This document shows positions 62,001 to 64,000 of a stretch of 64,000 bases of DNA, one piece after another (position 1 is the first letter of the stretch; each line of letters starts with the position of its first letter). Origin of the DNA: Takakia lepidozioides. Its lineage: Eukaryota > Plantae > Bryophyta. A model generated the notes under the pieces. That model was not told where the DNA came from. It was given only the letters and a program-made list of their open reading frames with translations, and did not search any database. Both the position numbers and the translations under genes were made by a program. The stretch spans positions 47,244,001 through 47,308,000 of the forward strand of contig CM060733.1 in assembly GCA_030704615.1 (NCBI GenBank), written 5' to 3'.

Positions 62001-64000
62001 CTTTATGATGTCCGCAGGAAGCTTAAAGAGAAAAAACAATGAAAGGAATTTATAATGTCACTGGGCAGGTCCACAAGGTGCATAAGACACAGTAAAACAA
62101 TATCGAAGAGAGAGAGATATTCACATAGAACACAAACTAAGTAAGCATTTTGGCCGTCAAGAGATTTGCCATTACGTACTTGATGCTAACTCCCTCCTGA
62201 ATGTCACGCTCGTTCTCAGCTATAGACAATGCCATGTACTCCACCTGCGCATCCAGAGCCTCAATCCGCTCATCCAAATCTCCAAACAGCGATTCCTCTC
62301 CCTGTGTCAGCAGCTTATGGGGCTTTTGTCTGCCTTCCAATGCTAAGCAAGATTGTCGTTCATGTTCACACTGTTCTCTCATAGCCAAGACCTGTGGAGA
62401 ATAAGTAGTTCTAGATCAAAATGGCTGCAGAAACACAAATAAAATTGAACCAGTGGGAAAGTGCACACCCCATACGAAGCAGCACACTAATCACCATCAT
62501 AATTGGGTAGAGGCACTGATTGCCAGGTTGGCTAAAGGGTACACCAACCATTGGATAGACAATTATAATGTACCCGTAAAGCCGATATGCCCATATTTCA
62601 CGGTTGCAAATAGAGCTTCTTACAAAAGGCTCACTTGATACACTCTCACTGTAAACCTTGCATTACTAATAAGCACTACCAAAATGGATGTGGGAGATAA
62701 GGGTATCCATATTGAAGCAGGGGTGGTCTGTAAGCCAAGCAACCCCCAAGTCACTCTGCTTCTCTTCTTAGTCTCTAGTTAGTAATGTGCAGATGGTCCA
62801 GAAGTGTTCGTAGAACAGTGCATGGCTTAGCAACCTTGCTTCAAACTTAGGTGTACATGTTCCTCTCCTATCAATAGCACATGATTCTGTGGGTAAAAGC
62901 AACTGACATAATCTTGACTGAAAGGGCAAGCATTTCTTTACTGCGGAAGGTGGTTGAAGGTCAATTAGTTGACAAATACAAGTTTATCCCGTATTTGGAA
63001 ATGAAATCGACAACGTAAAAGAGAGTTAAGAACAAGCTTAAGAAGTCAACCTCTCCCAGTAGTTCAGTGGCTACAGCAATTTTCCCAAGGGATTTCGCTT
63101 CCTCAGCTTTGCTCTGTTTGGTTTGAATCTCTTTGTCTAGCTTCTGGATGGTGGCCGTCTTCTTCTGCAGCTCTTCAGCAATGTCATGGATGGCACGTGC
63201 ATGCTTCAGCTCCAACTTTGACCTCTCATTCAAACAGTCATCCTTTTCTGACAGAATCTCTTCCTTTTTGGCTTCCTGACAATTTATTTTGATGACATAT
63301 CAAATGATGGAAATACTGTAGGGAAAAAACGACATATCATAGGATGCCAACTACAAAGGAGAAATTTTGGGGCTCTGGTTGACTCTTACAACCCTTAAAA
63401 TCTTAATAGACAAAAAACGGATGAATTAAAGCACGTATTGTAGATTCAAAGAGGTGAGAGAAACGAGGCTCACTATGAAATCTGTCAGGCCCCAAGTACT
63501 AGCTGAGGAGGTTGTTCCTTGTGAACTTAATAGAATACGTTGGAACTCGATTGTAGTTTCTTACTAGAGATTCCAAAATCTTCTCTCATTATAGACAACA
63601 GATATCTACTCATCCGGCAATACCTGCCTTGGCCATAGAACCCACCTGATAGGGGAACGCGTGGAATAAGAAGAAGAAGAGAAGGATGGAAGTGCTTACC
63701 TGCTTGTCTTTAAGGGCCCTAGCCTCCTTCATCTTCAAAAGCTTGTCAATCTCTATGTCCAACATTGCCTCTGTCTGTTCCACATTCGGCCCTAGACCAG
63801 CTGGTGACCCCGTCTCAGATGTTTGTATCAATGTCCCTCTTCTAGAAGTGGCCTTATGGGAGTGGTCATAGGCCAGACTTCGGTCACGGTTGCTTATTTT
63901 AGAGCTGGTGCCATCTGAATCCAGCATTCCCAGCTCCTTCAGCTTTTTGTTGGCAGCAGCCATCTCTTCATTCATCCTCCTCACCACCATGCGTTGCTTC
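59079..64000 (-). CDS. 3' exons of a KIF27/KIF7-like (kinesin-4) protein, stalk and tail; motor domain outside the window
   Basis: LDERIEALDAQVEY; AKVILRKYLEKFVEVKE; RLKELEFDRR-LTELQTQHAKNVQYLLKQ; KIEALDKDNVYYKQTNRNLKRKLRE, resembling KIF27/KIF7 tail motifs. GT-AG bounded exons. Confidence 0.7.
61560..61940 (-). mobile_element. 3' fragment of a non-LTR retrotransposon (RTE-X/CR1-like) in a kinesin intron
   Basis: LQRETGRW...EDRL...EEQFFFHCPLYYEI resembles the ETGR...R.C..C...EDE.HF.F.CP.Y..IR tail of LINE ORF2. Confidence 0.6.

Overview
This is eukaryotic plant DNA. A KIF27/KIF7-like kinesin, an F-box gene and TTTAGGG motifs suggest a land plant with flagellated sperm (bryophyte, lycophyte or fern); that assignment is inference. 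Bases 1-43560 are a nest of transposons. (1) The outer element is a large CACTA/EnSpm transposon. Its right terminus is at 43560 and its left end lies outside the window. It has a broken TnpD transposase, a divergent TnpA-like gene apparently fused to an FCP1/NIF phosphatase-like domain, two copies of an N4/N6 DNA-methyltransferase-like gene, and RPL32 and RPS3a fragments. (2) A 26.9-kb TIR element (6499-33401, 4-bp TSD TTCT) splits the TnpA-like ORF and contains a DUF7869-type transposase pseudogene. (3) Inside it are two diverged Ty3/gypsy retroelements with the order Gag-PR-C5 DNA methyltransferase-RT-RNaseH-IN-PHD finger. The most striking observation is that these retroelements lack ordinary LTRs. 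The complete copy (8862-20402, TG...CA, TSD TCCC) reads, in its sense orientation, X-invY ... PPT-Z-gc-X-Y-Z. It has no tRNA primer site and carries an internal palindromic CA-GC-TG copy of its own end-to-end junction. The second element has the same 3' architecture, which points to a self-primed, circle-junction replication route combined with a DDE integrase. The right third of the window holds a foldback element, an F-box gene, a coiled-coil gene and the convergent 3' part of the kinesin gene. All protein family calls come from motif recognition by eye, not from database searches.
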